Shown here one piece after another: positions 62,592 through 64,000 of a stretch of DNA of 64,000 nucleotides. The stretch is taken from assembly GCA_002269645.1 (NCBI GenBank), contig NIVC01000031.1, forward strand, positions 1,240,001 to 1,304,000, written 5' to 3'. The position numbers and the translations under genes are program-made. How positions within the stretch are numbered: the stretch's first letter is position 1; the number at the start of each line of letters is the position of its first letter. Origin of the DNA: Macrostomum lignano (taxonomy: Eukaryota). The notes under the pieces are model-generated. The model saw only the letters and a program-made list of their open reading frames with translations, was not told the origin of the DNA and did no database searches.

Positions 62592-63188
62592 GTAAACAGC
62601 TAGTGTCTGCTAAAATGGAAATGCTCCAAGAAATACAAAGAGCTAATCAAAGCCCTTCTATTCTTGTAAGTCCATTAGTTTCAACCATTTATTTTTCATT
62701 GACAAATATTTCTAAGACTTGTTTTATTATTTATTTGCTTTAACTTTTATTTTAGGGCACAATCAAGACATCCAAGAATATCTATGATTCACAAGACCCA
62801 TCTGAAAAACTGAAAATACATATCTGTATTAGATTTACTGGAACTGTTAAAAAAGTTGAATGCTTTCTAATTATTCATCAGTTTGATAAAACTAATTCTG
62901 GAATTTCTGAATGCTATCTTGATAGTAAGCTATACCACAATCATGTTGGCATGATTGTCTTTGACTATACTCCAACTGATATGAAATGGTAAGATAATTT
63001 TTGGACTATTTAAACTATGTTGTTCGATTTTTTTCAATTGATTTTTCAATTCAATAGTCACAATTAATTATTTCTTTTTTAATATTTTAGTAATGAAATA
63101 AATGAGAACTTCTTTGTAACTATTGGAGAACGAGATGAGACAAGCTACTTGAAATATCAAGAGTTTATAACCCAGCTTGGCTATCCTG
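62592..63188 (+). CDS. Three AT-rich exons of an unidentified partial gene (62592-62665, 62756-62988, 63091-63188)
   Basis: Canonical tttcag/ttttag acceptors and gtaag donors, with phases 1-0, 0-2 and 2-1 that chain correctly. The spliced frame is open: KQLVSAKMEMLQEIQRANQSPSIL-GTIKTSKNIYDSQDPSEKLKIHICIRF...DYTPTDMK-CNEINENFFVTIGERDETSYLKYQEFITQLGYP. No start or stop exon was found. Confidence 0.6.
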
Positions 63189-63429
63189 GTAAGTTTATTT
63201 TGTATCATATGCCAGTTAAAACTTTTATTAATAATAGGACCCACTTAATTCTTCCTGACCAGCATATAGCTTTCTGAAGCTGAAGCACCAGTGATAATTA
63301 TTTTTTATGAGCTTAAATTTTTCACAAAAAAGTATAGCTATAGTCCTTAAAAAGAATAAAATACATCCATATTAAAGTAAAATGATAAAAATATTAACTT
63401 TCTCTGCCAGTGACTAGGTTACATCTCTT

Positions 63430-63645
63430 TGATTCCTGACCCACTCAGAAAAATTGTGTCCTTGAGCAAGACACAGCTCCACATTGCTTCAGTTCTCCTA
63501 GCTGTAAAATGGGTACTAGTTGGGGTAATTGAAGGTATGTGTGGCGACCCCCAGTCCTTGGACTGAACAGCCGTACGCAGCCTTCAGATGCGCCCGCACA
63601 ATAGCTGCGACTGAGCTGTCGGTTGCACATCTGCCTATTGGGGCA
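63430..63645 (+). mobile_element. CORE-type SINE copy 4 (5'-truncated, plus strand)
   Basis: TTGTGTCCTTGAGCAAGACAC...CTTCAGTTCTCCTAGCTGTAAAATGGGTA, followed by the shared GC-rich 3' body. Confidence 0.88.
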
Positions 63646-63894
63646 CAAGTTCTCAGAATTCCATTAAAAAATCTTTCACATGAATCTGTCTGTATAACTT
63701 GTTCTTCATTGATTTTATTGCCTTCTTTGTCTTCTAATTTTCAGATTGCTACTCATCTTAAACATCAATTGGCATAAAAACTTAAATAGACTATCAGAAA
63801 CAGCAAACCCCCTACTGACTCTCGCTGTCAACCCTCTGGTAATCAAGATTTCACGACGAGTGACGGTGCTTTTGCATGCTCGTGGGCCATTATA

Positions 63895-64000
63895 ATAAAT
63901 ATAATAATTGATTACACCTGCCCCAATGGGCAGATGTGCAACCGACAGCTCAGCCGCAGCTATTGCGCGGCGCATCTGAAGGCTGCGTACGGCTGTTCAG
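63895..64000 (-). mobile_element. CORE-type SINE copy 5 (3' end; runs off the window)
   Basis: AT-rich tail followed by TTGATTACACCTGCCCCAATGGGCAGATGTGCAACCGACAGC..., as in the other copies. Confidence 0.88.

Overview
Eukaryotic (metazoan) genomic DNA. GC-rich exons, 70-110 bp plain introns and very abundant minisatellites suggest a flatworm such as Macrostomum (an inference from style only). All genes from 1.4 to 30 kb lie on the minus strand. These are an ankyrin-repeat/MAP3K-like kinase, two paralogous PAN-like + ALK/LTK-type glycine-rich proteins, a membrane protein with three LRAT/NC domains, a secreted triple-vWA protein, a decayed class A GPCR and TEX9. The conserved genes from 33.7 to 55.4 kb (EXOC6/Sec15, NAT10, ATG101) lie on the plus strand. 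Almost every long intron is filled by its own tandem repeat (17-46 bp units), and most units carry a short palindrome or hairpin. Mobile DNA includes a 5'-truncated RTE-type LINE inserted into a minisatellite, five copies of a tRNA-headed CORE (MIR-like) SINE, and a non-autonomous DNA-element family. The AT-rich 56-63 kb region holds three phase-consistent orphan exons. Two genes are broken by a single missing base in a G4 run, probably assembly errors. Exon boundaries were worked out by hand from GT/AG signals and reading-frame phase; no database search was run.
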